From assembly GCA_031362565.1 (NCBI GenBank), contig JANLSU010000003.1:32001-96000 (forward strand): 64,000 nucleotides of DNA, written 5' to 3'. The position numbers were made by a program, and so were the translations under genes. This document shows, piece after piece, positions 10,864 to 20,666 of the stretch (the first letter of the stretch is position 1; each line of letters opens with the position of its first letter). Below the pieces are notes generated by a model. It had not been told where the DNA came from. It searched no databases and saw only the letters and a program-made list of their open reading frames with translations. This stretch comes from a bacterium. GTDB taxonomy: Bacteria; Krumholzibacteriota; Krumholzibacteriia; G020349025.

Positions 10864-11709
10864 TCAATACGGCTGCAGTCCGAAGCGGAACGTCGTACCA
10901 CGATCGCGCGTACTCTCGACTTCGATCCGGCCACCGTGTTGTTCCACGATGGTCTTCACGATCGCCAGACCCAGGCCGGTGCCGCGTTCACGCGCCACCC
11001 GTTCGTCGGCGCTGCGAAACCATGGCTCGAACACCTGTTCCAGATCCTGGGGCGCGATCCCATATCCCTCGTCGCTGACTTCGACGCGGACGCCGTCGCG
11101 TGTCGGCATGGCGCGCACCCGGACCCGGGTGCCGGGCGGCGAAAATTTGACGGCGTTCTGCACCAAATTCAGGAACACCTGCTTCAGGAGATCCGGATCG
11201 GCCGCGACCACCGGCACCGCGGCGTCGATTTGCAGTTCGAAGTCCGTGCGCCGCGCCGTGAGTGCCGGCTGCAGGGCGGCGCGTACTTCGCCAACCAGAT
11301 CTTCCAGGCGTACGGGTTCCAGCCGCAGCCCGGTGTCGCGGCGCGCGAGTCGCGAGATCTCGAGCGTCCGCTCGACGACGCGCGCCAAGCGGCTGATCTC
11401 ACGATCGAGCACCCCGAGGAACTCCGCACCTTCCGCGAACGACGGATCGCCATAGTTTTCGAGCAAGGTTTCGACATACGCCTTCATGCCGGCGAGCGGC
11501 GACGACAACTCGTGCGCCATGATGCAGAAGGATTGCTCTTTCAGACGCGCGGCGCGTTGCATGGAGTCGATCTCCGCCCGCAGTTCGCGCACTTCGAGCT
11601 CGAGGGCGACGCTTTCCGGAGCCGCCACCGCATTGGGGGCGGGCGGCGCCGTGACGCCGTTCCGGGCCGCGGGCGTCGCCGCGGTGCGGCGTGATCTCGA
11701 TCCGCTCAT
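10864..11709 (-). CDS. Cytoplasmic histidine kinase (HisKA + HATPase), no sensor domain
   Basis: AHELSSPL H-box, NLVQNAVKF N-box, DEGYGI, GTGLGLAIV; ATG 11709 has GAGGAG RBS (alternative TTG 11745). Confidence 0.92.
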   Translation of the reverse strand: MSGSRSRRTAATPAARNGVTAPPAPNAVAAPESVALELEVRELRAEIDSMQRAARLKEQSFCIMAHELSSPLAGMKAYVETLLENYGDPSFAEGAEFLGVLDREISRLARVVERTLEISRLARRDTGLRLEPVRLEDLVGEVRAALQPALTARRTDFELQIDAAVPVVAADPDLLKQVFLNLVQNAVKFSPPGTRVRVRAMPTRDGVRVEVSDEGYGIAPQDLEQVFEPWFRSADERVARERGTGLGLAIVKTIVEQHGGRIEVESTRDRGTTFRFGLQPY

Positions 11710-11741
11710 GCCCTGCTCCTCGGCCGCCGCGCCAACGCCCT

Positions 11742-12680
11742 TCAACGGCGCCGCTCGGTGACCACGATGCTCCCCGGCCGGCTCTTGCCATAGCGGCGCA
11801 ATTCCGCCGCGACATCCGCCAGACGCCGCACGTGCAGTTCGCGCCCCCGCACGTTGTCCACGACCGCGATGGTGACCGCCAAGAGCGGCACCATTTCGCG
11901 CCGCCCGCCGCGATTCACCATCTCGAAGTAGCCGCGTTCCAGATCGTGTGGAACGAAGAAGCCGCGCGATTCCGCGTCGAACTGCTGCGTGATGCGCTCA
12001 CCGATGTGCTGCGCGACGTCGGACGTCGTTAGAACGACGAAATCGTCACCGCCCAAATGGCCCACGAAACGCACCTTGGCCGACTCTTCGTCGAGTGCGT
12101 CGGTGAGCAAGCGCGCCAGCATGCTCAGGACTTCATCGCCCTTTTCGTAGCCGAAGTTCTCGTTGAAACGCTTGAAGTGATCGATGTCGATCGACAAGAA
12201 CGCGAAGTCGTCGTCGCTGTTCATGAGACGGGTAATCTCGGCCTCGATTTCGGCCGAGCCCGGCAGGCCGGTGAAACTGCGCTGGCCGTGATGCCGGTGC
12301 GCCAATTCCAATACGTTCTGGATCCGCAGCAGCAATTCTTCCCAGGAGTACGGCTTCACCAGGAAGTCGTGTGCGCCGGCGACGAGCGACTGGAGTTTCG
12401 TGGCCGCATCGCCGCGCGCCGTAATGACGATGATCGGCAGATGCGTCGTCTGGGGATTGCCGCGCAAAGCCCGCGCCACGGCGAAGCCGTCCATGCCCGG
12501 CATCATGAGGTCGAGCAGCACGACGTCCGGTTTCCAGGTCAGGGCGGTCGGCAACGCTTCCTCGCCACGCCCCAGCCCACGCGCTTCGTGACCTTCGCCA
12601 CGCAGTTGGAAAACGAGAATATTTCGCAAATTCTCCTCGTCATCGACGACGAGAATGCGAGCTCGATCCGGCTTGGTCAC
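11742..12680 (-). CDS. Receiver-GGDEF(GGDDF) response regulator / putative diguanylate cyclase
   Basis: N-terminal REC (LVVDD, LDLMMP, KPY), then IDIDHFK..N...GDEVL and HLGGDDF; GTG 12680 preceded by AAGGAGG. Confidence 0.9.
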   Translation of the reverse strand: MTKPDRARILVVDDEENLRNILVFQLRGEGHEARGLGRGEEALPTALTWKPDVVLLDLMMPGMDGFAVARALRGNPQTTHLPIIVITARGDAATKLQSLVAGAHDFLVKPYSWEELLLRIQNVLELAHRHHGQRSFTGLPGSAEIEAEITRLMNSDDDFAFLSIDIDHFKRFNENFGYEKGDEVLSMLARLLTDALDEESAKVRFVGHLGGDDFVVLTTSDVAQHIGERITQQFDAESRGFFVPHDLERGYFEMVNRGGRREMVPLLAVTIAVVDNVRGRELHVRRLADVAAELRRYGKSRPGSIVVTERRR

Positions 12681-12761
12681 GACGGCGCGCCTCCTTGCGA
12701 TCCGATGCGGAACGATTCCACCGCGCGAGAGAACCGTGGAACACGGCCTGTCGCGGCACCG

Positions 12762-12776
12762 GCAATCCATGTGCCA
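12762..12776 (-). promoter_or_regulatory. sigma54 (-24/-12) promoter
   Basis: TGGCACATGGATTGC, GG-N10-GC with near-consensus flanks, about 80 nt upstream of the REC-GGDEF start. Confidence 0.65.
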
Positions 12777-12810
12777 CGCGCTTCCGCACTACGCGCGCGT
12801 CACGCCCGTA

Positions 12811-14055
12811 TCATTGCGCGGGCGACGACTGTGGCTCCACGGCCAGGCTCCGCGCCAAATCCTGCGAGCGCGGCACCAGGTCGCGCGCCGGTGAGATCGG
12901 GCGCGACGGCGCCGTCGGCTGTGCCGCGGCCGCGGTCTGCAAGAGCATCTGCGCGTACGCTTCCCAGTGTTGACGCAAGCGGTCATGAATGACGCGCGCC
13001 GCCTCGGGGTGTCCCATATCGGTCTGCAACTCCGCGACGCGGAGCGCATATTCGGGGCTCCCCGGATCGAGCCGCGCGGCGACCGATTCCAACGTCAGGG
13101 GAATAACACGGTAACCGGTGAAGCGCATGGAGCCCGCGAACTGGTCGAGGTCGCGCGCCATCTGCCCCGGGTGGAATGCGACGACGAAGGTGACAAGCGC
13201 CGCGACGAACGCCACGGTGACCGCGTCGCCGCGCACGAGCGTGGTGCGGGCCCGGTTGCGGCGGAAGGAACCACGTTTCGCCTCGGCGAGACGCGCGCCA
13301 TCCAGCGCGGTGCCGATCCACAGGAGCGATCCGCCGGCGACAACCGCTGCCGCGATCATGAACAGTGACTCAACGAACGCCTTCGGCATGGCGTCGGCGC
13401 CGGTCTTGACGTTCCAATTCCACAGCAAGCTCGCATTCGCCAATACGAGCGCCGCGAACGTCACGCTGGCGGCGTTCCAAAGCGCCAAGCTGGCGCGCAG
13501 GGCGCGCCCGGCGAGCGCCAGGCCCGAGCCCGGCAGCAACACACCGGCCACACCCGCCGCCCACGGATGCCGCAGCCAGCGCGGCAGCGTCTGCGGCTGA
13601 AAGCGTTCGTCGCGCACGACGTGTTTCACGGCGCGGCTCCAGGCGATCGCGCCCACGACGTAGACGATTCCAAGCGCCAGCAGGAACGGCAGGATCGGCA
13701 GGCGGCCGCTCTGCATCGCGGCCCGCACCGTCGACCAATACCAAACGAGCGTCGCCCAACCGGCGAGCGACAATGTCGACAGCGCCGCCCATGCGAACTT
13801 CCGCGGTCCGACGCGCAGTGCCAGCGGTGCGATACCACCCAGCGTGTACACGGCGACGAGGGTCCGCATTGCCTTGAAGGGACGGCGGCCCGCCGGTGAA
13901 GGTGTCGCCGGTTGCCGGACCCACGCCTCCGGCACGTCGTCGAGATTCGGAATGCGCGGCGCCTGATGTGACGCACCCGGTGCGTGCACTCGCGACGTCG
14001 TCCCGATGTCCTCGCGCATGTTCGGCACGTCGAGGAGATACACCTTGTCCGCCAT
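12811..14055 (-). CDS. Hypothetical multi-pass membrane protein
   Basis: About 7 hydrophobic segments; ATG 14055 with AAGGAG RBS; no family recognised. Confidence 0.75.
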   Translation of the reverse strand: MADKVYLLDVPNMREDIGTTSRVHAPGASHQAPRIPNLDDVPEAWVRQPATPSPAGRRPFKAMRTLVAVYTLGGIAPLALRVGPRKFAWAALSTLSLAGWATLVWYWSTVRAAMQSGRLPILPFLLALGIVYVVGAIAWSRAVKHVVRDERFQPQTLPRWLRHPWAAGVAGVLLPGSGLALAGRALRASLALWNAASVTFAALVLANASLLWNWNVKTGADAMPKAFVESLFMIAAAVVAGGSLLWIGTALDGARLAEAKRGSFRRNRARTTLVRGDAVTVAFVAALVTFVVAFHPGQMARDLDQFAGSMRFTGYRVIPLTLESVAARLDPGSPEYALRVAELQTDMGHPEAARVIHDRLRQHWEAYAQMLLQTAAAAQPTAPSRPISPARDLVPRSQDLARSLAVEPQSSPAQ

Positions 14056-14156
14056 GTTGGCTCCTTCCGAGCTTGCCGCCTTCATCCAAGGCAGCGCGAT
14101 TTCGATGGCGTCTGGGCGTCAGGACCCACGCACATCGAAAGTCGGGCGAGGAACCG

Positions 14157-14171
14157 GCAATCCACATGCCG
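14157..14171 (-). promoter_or_regulatory. sigma54-type promoter candidate
   Basis: CGGCATGTGGATTGC, GG-N10-GC; 18/22 identical to the 12755-12776 site. Confidence 0.55.
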
Positions 14172-14376
14172 CGTACGTCTGGACCACGTTGCGATACCAC
14201 AAGGGCCAGTGAGGTAGCGGTCCAGTCGCAATTTGCGTGCGCCGGACCAAGGGCTTGCGGCGCTTGGCAACGCCCGCCGCCACGGGCTCGGCGCGCGCCA
14301 TTATGATGTAGTGTCCAGGCAGTGCCCCGTGGCGCGAGTCGCCTTGGCGCTACTCCATTTTGACGGCGAGGTGCAG

Positions 14377-14853
14377 ATGAAACGGATCGCGGCAATCGCA
14401 GCGCTCGCAATGCTCGCGAGCGCAACCAACATCGCCCGGGCCCAGAGCCAGGGATTCGGACTCGGAGTGATCATCGGCGAACCGACTGGACTCTCGGCCA
14501 AGCTGTGGCAGACACGGTCCACGGCGCTCGACTTTGGTGCCGCGTGGTCCTTCGTCGACGATGCGGCGTTCCACCTTCACATGGATCTCTTGGTGCACCG
14601 CTTCGACGTCATTCACGTCGATCGCGGCAAGCTGCCGTTGTACTACGGGTTGGGTGGCCGGGTGAAATTCTCCGACCACAACAACGGCAATCAGGATGCG
14701 CATTTCGGCATTCGGTTTCCGGTCGGCCTGGACTATTTGTTCGCGCGCGAGCCGCTCGACATTTTCTTCGAGTTCGTACCGATCCTCGACGTGGCGCCAA
14801 AGACCGACGTGTCGCTCAATGCGTCGCTGGGGTTCCGGTACTGGTTCCGGTAG
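14377..14853 (+). CDS. Small outer-membrane beta-barrel protein (DUF3996-like)
   Basis: Signal peptide, FGLGVIIGEPTGLSAK, alternating beta strands, GFRYWFR end. Confidence 0.8.
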   Translation: MKRIAAIAALAMLASATNIARAQSQGFGLGVIIGEPTGLSAKLWQTRSTALDFGAAWSFVDDAAFHLHMDLLVHRFDVIHVDRGKLPLYYGLGGRVKFSDHNNGNQDAHFGIRFPVGLDYLFAREPLDIFFEFVPILDVAPKTDVSLNASLGFRYWFR

Positions 14854-14881
14854 GCGTACGGCGACGGTACGGCGCGAAAAA

Positions 14882-15790
14882 CTATTCGCGTTCGAAGTGG
14901 ATGTTGACGGAACCGTCGGGAGAGTCGGCACGGAACCCCCGATGGCGCTCCAGGAGTTCGATCATGCCGGGCGGCGCGGGGTAACGCCGTTCGCCGTGCA
15001 CGAGCCGCGGCGCGCCGATCATGTCGCTGCCGCCGCAAAGGAAAACGCGGCAGTGGGCCGGATCGAGCCGGAACCCGGCGCGTTCTTCCAGCACCCCGCT
15101 CGTGAACAGATCCTGAATGCGCCCGCCCGGTTCGCCGGGTTCACGGGTCGTGACCGGCACGTACCGGTAGTTCTCGAACAGTTGCGCCAGGTGCTCATGA
15201 ACGGCACGATACGCTTGATCGATGCGCCGCCGGGTCGTGACCACCGATGCGATGCGACCGCGGTGGCCACGGCGCAGCAGTTCCAGGATCATCCGATTGT
15301 GTGGCGCCTCACCCGTGCCGCTCGCAACAAACAGTACGGAATCGTCAGGCCGCACCGCTGCGAGAGTGTTGCGGCCGTGTGGCATGTCGTCGACCCAGAG
15401 CCGGGCGCCGGGCGCGAGGCCGGCCAGCCGCGCCGGCAATGCGCTGCCACGCGGCGTGTCGCGCCAGAGCGCGACGTACAACTCGTAGTCGGTTTCGTCG
15501 TTCGCCGCCAGCAAACGTGAACCATCCGCCGCCAGGATCGCCGAGCTGATGGAAAACGGCCGGCGCAGGAGGATGTGCGGGGCCTCCGTCTCGGTCTCTT
15601 CCGGTCGAAAGCCCGGCGCCCGCGGTTCCCAGCGTCCAACGCCGATCGCGATCCATTGGCCGGCTTCGTACGGCGGCAGAGGTGCGTCCGGACGCACGTG
15701 CAAGATGGCGAGTTCGGCATGCACCGCGCGCACCGCGACGAGCGTCGCGTTGTAGTGCTCGCGCTCGAGCGCCGCGACGTCAGCGGTCAC
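14882..15790 (-). CDS. Ferredoxin/flavodoxin-NADP reductase (Fpr/FNR family)
   Basis: RRPFSISS (RxYS-like), ASGTGEAPH, FLCGGSDMI; GTG 15790 with GAGG RBS. Confidence 0.85.
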   Translation of the reverse strand: MTADVAALEREHYNATLVAVRAVHAELAILHVRPDAPLPPYEAGQWIAIGVGRWEPRAPGFRPEETETEAPHILLRRPFSISSAILAADGSRLLAANDETDYELYVALWRDTPRGSALPARLAGLAPGARLWVDDMPHGRNTLAAVRPDDSVLFVASGTGEAPHNRMILELLRRGHRGRIASVVTTRRRIDQAYRAVHEHLAQLFENYRYVPVTTREPGEPGGRIQDLFTSGVLEERAGFRLDPAHCRVFLCGGSDMIGAPRLVHGERRYPAPPGMIELLERHRGFRADSPDGSVNIHFERE

Positions 15791-15821
15791 ATTCCGCCTC
15801 CGTGGCCTTGGCGCGGCCGCA

Positions 15822-17576
15822 TCAATACCCCATCGCGCAGCCGTCTTTGCGCGATTCCGTCGCACCCAAGAGCACATGGCGCTCGGCGTCGAGCCAGATG
15901 CCTTGATAGCCGCCGAAGGTACCGAAGGACTCCGCGATGCGATGGCCCTTGAGAATGAGCGTCCGCACGACATCCTGGGGCACGCCGCTTTCGAGGTGCA
16001 GCACGCCGCCATCCTGCATGACTTCGCCGGTCGGCTCGCTCGAACCCTCGTGATGGAAGCGCGGCGCATCGCCGGCCTCCTGCACGTTCATGCCGAAGTC
16101 GACGATGTTGCACAAGACCTGCACGTGGCCTTGCGGCTGGACGTCGCCACCCATCACGCCATAGCTGAAGAGCGGTTTGCCGTCCCGCGTCACGAACGCC
16201 GGGATGATGGTGTGGAACGGCCGTTTCCCCGGCGCATAGGCGTTCGGATGCGCGGCATCGAGGTTGAACAGCGTGCCGCGGTCTTGCAGACAGAACCCGG
16301 CGCCTTCGGGCACGACACCGGATCCGAATCCCATGTAGTTGCTCTGAATGAGCGACACACAGTTGCGGTCGGCGTCGACCACGGTGAGATACGTCGTATC
16401 GCCGGCCCGCAAGTCGATGTCGCCGGCCGGAATCTTCCGTGCGGCGCGGTCCGGGTCGAAGAGTTTGCCGCGTTCACGGCCATAGTCCTTCGACAAGAGC
16501 CGTTCGAGCGGTGCCTGGGCGAAAGCCGGATCGACGTAGTACCGCGCCCGGTCTTCGTAGACGATCTTCTTCGCTTCGACCATCAAATGCAGGGTGGCGG
16601 CCGTGTTGTGCCCCATTGTCTTCAAGTCGTAGGGCTCGAGCAGGTTCAGCATCTGCAATGCAGCGATGCCTTGGGTGTTGGGCGGCAGTTCCCAGACATC
16701 GTAGCCGCGATAATTCGTCGACACGGGATCGATCCAGGTCGCGGTGTGGGCCGCCAAGTCTTCCACGGTGATCGCACCGCCGTATTTTTGGACGGCGGCA
16801 GCAATCCGCCCGGCCATTGCGCCCTTGTAGAAGGTATCGCGTCCACCGCGGGAGATGGCCTCGTAGGTGGCGGCAAGATCCGGGTTCTTGAAGATATCGC
16901 CGGTCGCGGGTGTCTTGCCGCCGGGGGCATAAGTGCGCTGCCATTCCGGATATTCCGCGTAACGGCGCACGCCGCGCTGCCAATAGAAGGCGATCACCGG
17001 CGGCACGGGATGGCCGTCGCGCGCATAGCGAATCGCCGGGGCAAGCACCTTGGACATCGGCAGCTTGCCGAAGCGATCGTGCAGCGCGAACCAACCGCTC
17101 ACGGCGCCCGGAACGGTGACCGGCACGCCGCCCAGTTCCGGCATCTTCTGCAAGCCGCGTTTGTGCAGCTCGTCGAGCGTCAGAAGGCGTCCGGCGCGGC
17201 CGCTGGCGTTCAAGCCGTAGAGTTTTTGTGTCTTGGCGTCCCAGACGATCGCGAATAGATCGCCGCCCACCCCGCACGACACCGGCTCCATGAGGCCCAG
17301 CGCGGCATTCACCGCGATGGCGGCATCGATGGCGTTGCCGCCGGCCTTGAGAATGTCGATTCCGATCTGCGTCGCGAGCGGGTGGGCGCTAGCCACCATG
17401 CCGTGCTCGGCGATCACCGGCGAGCGCATCGCAAAGGGGCGGTCGGTCAGGCGATCGGCGGCATGCGCCGCGGGCGCCAAAGCGAGTCCGGCGAGAACCA
17501 GCGTCGTGGTGCGGTACAGAATGTCCGTCCAACGGCGAACCGCACTGCCGCCGGTCTCGTCTGCGTGGTTCGGCAT
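15822..17576 (-). CDS. ggt: Gamma-glutamyltransferase, exported
   Basis: GGNAIDAAIA, DTTYLTVVD (nucleophilic Thr), PGKRPFHTI, GVMGGDVQPQG; N-terminal signal peptide. Confidence 0.95.
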   Translation of the reverse strand: MPNHADETGGSAVRRWTDILYRTTTLVLAGLALAPAAHAADRLTDRPFAMRSPVIAEHGMVASAHPLATQIGIDILKAGGNAIDAAIAVNAALGLMEPVSCGVGGDLFAIVWDAKTQKLYGLNASGRAGRLLTLDELHKRGLQKMPELGGVPVTVPGAVSGWFALHDRFGKLPMSKVLAPAIRYARDGHPVPPVIAFYWQRGVRRYAEYPEWQRTYAPGGKTPATGDIFKNPDLAATYEAISRGGRDTFYKGAMAGRIAAAVQKYGGAITVEDLAAHTATWIDPVSTNYRGYDVWELPPNTQGIAALQMLNLLEPYDLKTMGHNTAATLHLMVEAKKIVYEDRARYYVDPAFAQAPLERLLSKDYGRERGKLFDPDRAARKIPAGDIDLRAGDTTYLTVVDADRNCVSLIQSNYMGFGSGVVPEGAGFCLQDRGTLFNLDAAHPNAYAPGKRPFHTIIPAFVTRDGKPLFSYGVMGGDVQPQGHVQVLCNIVDFGMNVQEAGDAPRFHHEGSSEPTGEVMQDGGVLHLESGVPQDVVRTLILKGHRIAESFGTFGGYQGIWLDAERHVLLGATESRKDGCAMGY

Positions 17577-17577
17577 G

Positions 17578-18993
17578 TTATCGCGACTCCGGAGTATTGA
17601 GATTCAACGCCGCCAACATTTCGTCGTTGGTCGTGAACTTGAACTCGTCACGTCCGAGGCGTTCGGCTGCGGCCCGTTCGAGGCGTTCGAGTTCGTTCCA
17701 CTGCGCGGCTCCGACGACCGGCTTGCCGGTGCGCTCCAAGCGCGCCTGCAACTCGGCCCAACCCGCACCGGCGCCATTCTGCGCCGGGCGTGCGGCCAAG
17801 GCCTGCAGCATGGCAAACGCCCCTTGGTTGCCGTCTTTGCGCGCCACCCCGACGAGCCCCGTACTCGGTGAGCGCGCCCATCCGGCCAGAAAAACCTGGT
17901 CGAGCGGGGCGCCCGTGCCGGGATCGAGTGCTTCGTACGAAATTCCCTCGACCGGGTACCGCGGCGCGGGATGCACCGCGAACGCATTGCGCTCGATCGC
18001 GAGCCCCAGGTCCGCGTCGACGCTATCGCCCACCGCGAACACCACCGTGTCACAGGCAATCACGCGCCGCCGGCCGGTGCCCTTTGCCTGCACGGCGTTC
18101 GCACCCTGCACGAGCACGTTATCTTCAACTTCGAGCCCAACGACGTGTCCCGACTCCCCGACGATGCGCGCCGGCGATGCCAGGAACTCGAGACGAAAGC
18201 GCGTCGCGGAATTCGGCTCCGGCGCCTTGGCCAAAGCCGCCACGATGAAGGCCCGCGCGGCGGCCACATCCTGCCCCAGGGCTTCCATCGCCGGCCGCAC
18301 CCGGCCGATTTCCGCATCGAGTGCCGCGACATCCAAGTTACGCGCCACGTATTCCATCTCGGCGCGGTCGAATTTCACTTCGGCGGGGCCGCGCCGCACC
18401 ACGGCAACCACTTCGTCGACGCGCAAATGGCGCACCAGCCAATGCGCGATGTCGAGCATGACGTTGCCGGCACCGACGATCGCCACCCGGCGTCCGATGG
18501 CATATGTACGGGCGGCGAACGGCGGCAGCAGGTTGTAGTGGTAGACGAGATCCTTCGCATGGTGCACGCCCACCAGATCCTCACCGGGCAGCCCGAGCCA
18601 CTTGGTGCCCTGTGCGCCCACGGTGACGAGCACCGCGTCGCAACCGAGCGCGCGCAGCTCGTCGAGCCGCAAGTCGCCGTGGCGTCCGACTGTGACATTG
18701 CCGAAGTACTCCACTTGCGGCGACGACAGAATCTGACGAAACTGTTTGCGCAGGCCGTCCTTCATCTTGTGCTTGGTGGGAAAGATGCCGTATTCGGCCA
18801 GGCCCCCGGGCTTGATGTCGCGATTGAAGAGCGCGACGTGCGCGCCGCGCGCCGCAAGCACCTGCGCCGCATACAAACCCGCCGGCCCGGCGCCGATGAC
18901 GGCGACACGAGCCTCCACTTGGGGCGCACTGGGGGTGCTGGCGCTCAACAAGGCCCTCCGATTCAAACTGCAACGATCGCTGGGACACGCCAT
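17578..18993 (-). CDS. FAD/NADP oxidoreductase, adrenodoxin-reductase/FprA-like
   Basis: VIGAGPAG, GGLAEYGI, IVGAGNVMLD, RRGP, AGWARSPSTG; start uncertain (18993 or TTG 18948). Confidence 0.85.
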   Translation of the reverse strand: MACPSDRCSLNRRALLSASTPSAPQVEARVAVIGAGPAGLYAAQVLAARGAHVALFNRDIKPGGLAEYGIFPTKHKMKDGLRKQFRQILSSPQVEYFGNVTVGRHGDLRLDELRALGCDAVLVTVGAQGTKWLGLPGEDLVGVHHAKDLVYHYNLLPPFAARTYAIGRRVAIVGAGNVMLDIAHWLVRHLRVDEVVAVVRRGPAEVKFDRAEMEYVARNLDVAALDAEIGRVRPAMEALGQDVAAARAFIVAALAKAPEPNSATRFRLEFLASPARIVGESGHVVGLEVEDNVLVQGANAVQAKGTGRRRVIACDTVVFAVGDSVDADLGLAIERNAFAVHPAPRYPVEGISYEALDPGTGAPLDQVFLAGWARSPSTGLVGVARKDGNQGAFAMLQALAARPAQNGAGAGWAELQARLERTGKPVVGAAQWNELERLERAAAERLGRDEFKFTTNDEMLAALNLNTPESR

Positions 18994-19100
18994 CGTACTA
19001 TAATCGAGCCGCTCTGAAAGCGGTCCTCCACCGCGTGTCTCCCACCGTCCGGGACGCTTGGATCGGGGAGCCTATTCGTACCTCGAGGGGAGCCTCACAG

Positions 19101-19805
19101 ATGACACGTTTCTGCGCTGCGTTGGTCGCGATTTTGGTGCTGCAGGGCAGCGCAACGGCGGCGCCGGTCGCGAAGGCCGGCAGTTCGGTGCGCGGGGCCC
19201 GCACGCCGGACAATGCAGCGTTGCAGGAAGCTTCCTCGCCATTCGAAGATATGATCGAATTTGCGGTCGCCGCCGACACCGTGGGCATGGATCGCGCGCT
19301 GACCGCGTACGGGCGTTATGCCACCCGGGCCCGGGCTGCGCTGGGTGACCACGGTCGCGCCGGTCTCGATTCGCTCGTGGCGGTCATCCATACGGCGCGC
19401 CGCGCACACGACGGGAGCTCGGTGGCGTTTGCCGCTGCTGCCGCCTACCGGATCCTGGTCGATGGCCTGGATGAACGCACCTTGGTGGTGCCGAAAGCTG
19501 TCGCCTTGCTCGATTGGGTCGGTTTCGAGCTGGGCCTCCAAGCCGGTGCGGCATCGCCCGACTGGGTCGCAATGCAGCGCACCGGGCAAGAAGCCAATAC
19601 GCTTTGGGCGAGCGTCCGCAATCGCGTCAAGGATCATGGATTGCAAGATGTCGTGGATGCGACCTTCCGCGGCATGACGCAAGCTATCGCCGCCCATGAC
19701 GCACCGATGGCAGCGTTTGCGGCAGAGATCGATCTCGGCCTTGTGGATCTTCTCGAGGCGTACTTCACTCGCGCGAGAGCCAGCGCGCCGGCTGCAGGAA
19801 AGTGA
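19101..19805 (+). CDS. Hypothetical secreted helical protein
   Basis: GGGAG RBS, signal peptide, Ala-rich helical body. Confidence 0.7.
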   Translation: MTRFCAALVAILVLQGSATAAPVAKAGSSVRGARTPDNAALQEASSPFEDMIEFAVAADTVGMDRALTAYGRYATRARAALGDHGRAGLDSLVAVIHTARRAHDGSSVAFAAAAAYRILVDGLDERTLVVPKAVALLDWVGFELGLQAGAASPDWVAMQRTGQEANTLWASVRNRVKDHGLQDVVDATFRGMTQAIAAHDAPMAAFAAEIDLGLVDLLEAYFTRARASAPAAGK

Positions 19806-19874
19806 CGAGTCACCGTTCCCGGCGTCCTGCTGGCGCACCCTTGGCAGGCCTGCTAGCCTGCCAAGTGGAGGACA

Positions 19875-20651
19875 ATGACGTTTCCTGATTTCAACGGCCG
19901 GCGCGCGTTGGTCACCGGCGCGACGAGCGGCATCGGCCGCGCGACCGCGCTCGCCATCGCACGGGCCGGCGGCACGGTCATGGCGACCGGCCGTAGCGCC
20001 GCAGCGCTCGATCACCTGATGCGCGAGCCGGCCGGCACGTCCGGACGCCTCGCCATTTGCGCCGGCGACCTCACCGACGAATCGTTTCGCGCCGCCCTCA
20101 TCACGCGCGCCATCGCCGAGTTCGGTGGGCTCGACGTGCTGGTCAATGCCGCCGGCATCATTCAGAGCGCCGACTGGAAAGCCACCACGCTCGAATCCTG
20201 GGACCGGATGTTCGATATCAACCTGCGGAGCGTCTTCGCGCTGACACAACACGCTTTGCCGCATCTGATCGAGTCGCGCGGCGCCATCGTCAACGTGAGC
20301 AGCGTGACGGGTCCGCGGGCTTTTCCCGGCGTTCTCGCCTATTGCGTCAGCAAAGCCGGCGTCGATCAACTGACACGCTGTTTGGCGCTCGAGCTCGCGC
20401 CGCTCGGGGTGCGCGTCAACGCCGTCAATCCCGGCGTCGTGCGCACCAACTTGCACCGCAACGGCGGCATGGAAGAAACGCGTTACGCAGCGTTCCTCGA
20501 GCACAGCAAGACGACCCATCCGATGGGGCGAATCGGCGAGCCCGAGGAAGTCGCCCAGCTCATCGGCTTCTTGGCGTCCGATTCGGCCGGTTGGATCACC
20601 GGCGAGACGATCGCCATCGATGGCGGCCGCGCCCAGACCTGCGCCCGCTAG
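19875..20651 (+). CDS. Short-chain dehydrogenase/reductase
   Basis: TGATSGIG, NAAG, YCVSK, NPG. Confidence 0.95.
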   Translation: MTFPDFNGRRALVTGATSGIGRATALAIARAGGTVMATGRSAAALDHLMREPAGTSGRLAICAGDLTDESFRAALITRAIAEFGGLDVLVNAAGIIQSADWKATTLESWDRMFDINLRSVFALTQHALPHLIESRGAIVNVSSVTGPRAFPGVLAYCVSKAGVDQLTRCLALELAPLGVRVNAVNPGVVRTNLHRNGGMEETRYAAFLEHSKTTHPMGRIGEPEEVAQLIGFLASDSAGWITGETIAIDGGRAQTCAR

Positions 20652-20666
20652 GGAGGTCTAACCGCG

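Noticed and set aside
11742..12680. Hypr (cGAMP-forming) GGDEF enzyme
   Set aside because: The signature position retains Asp (KGDEVL), not Ser/Thr.
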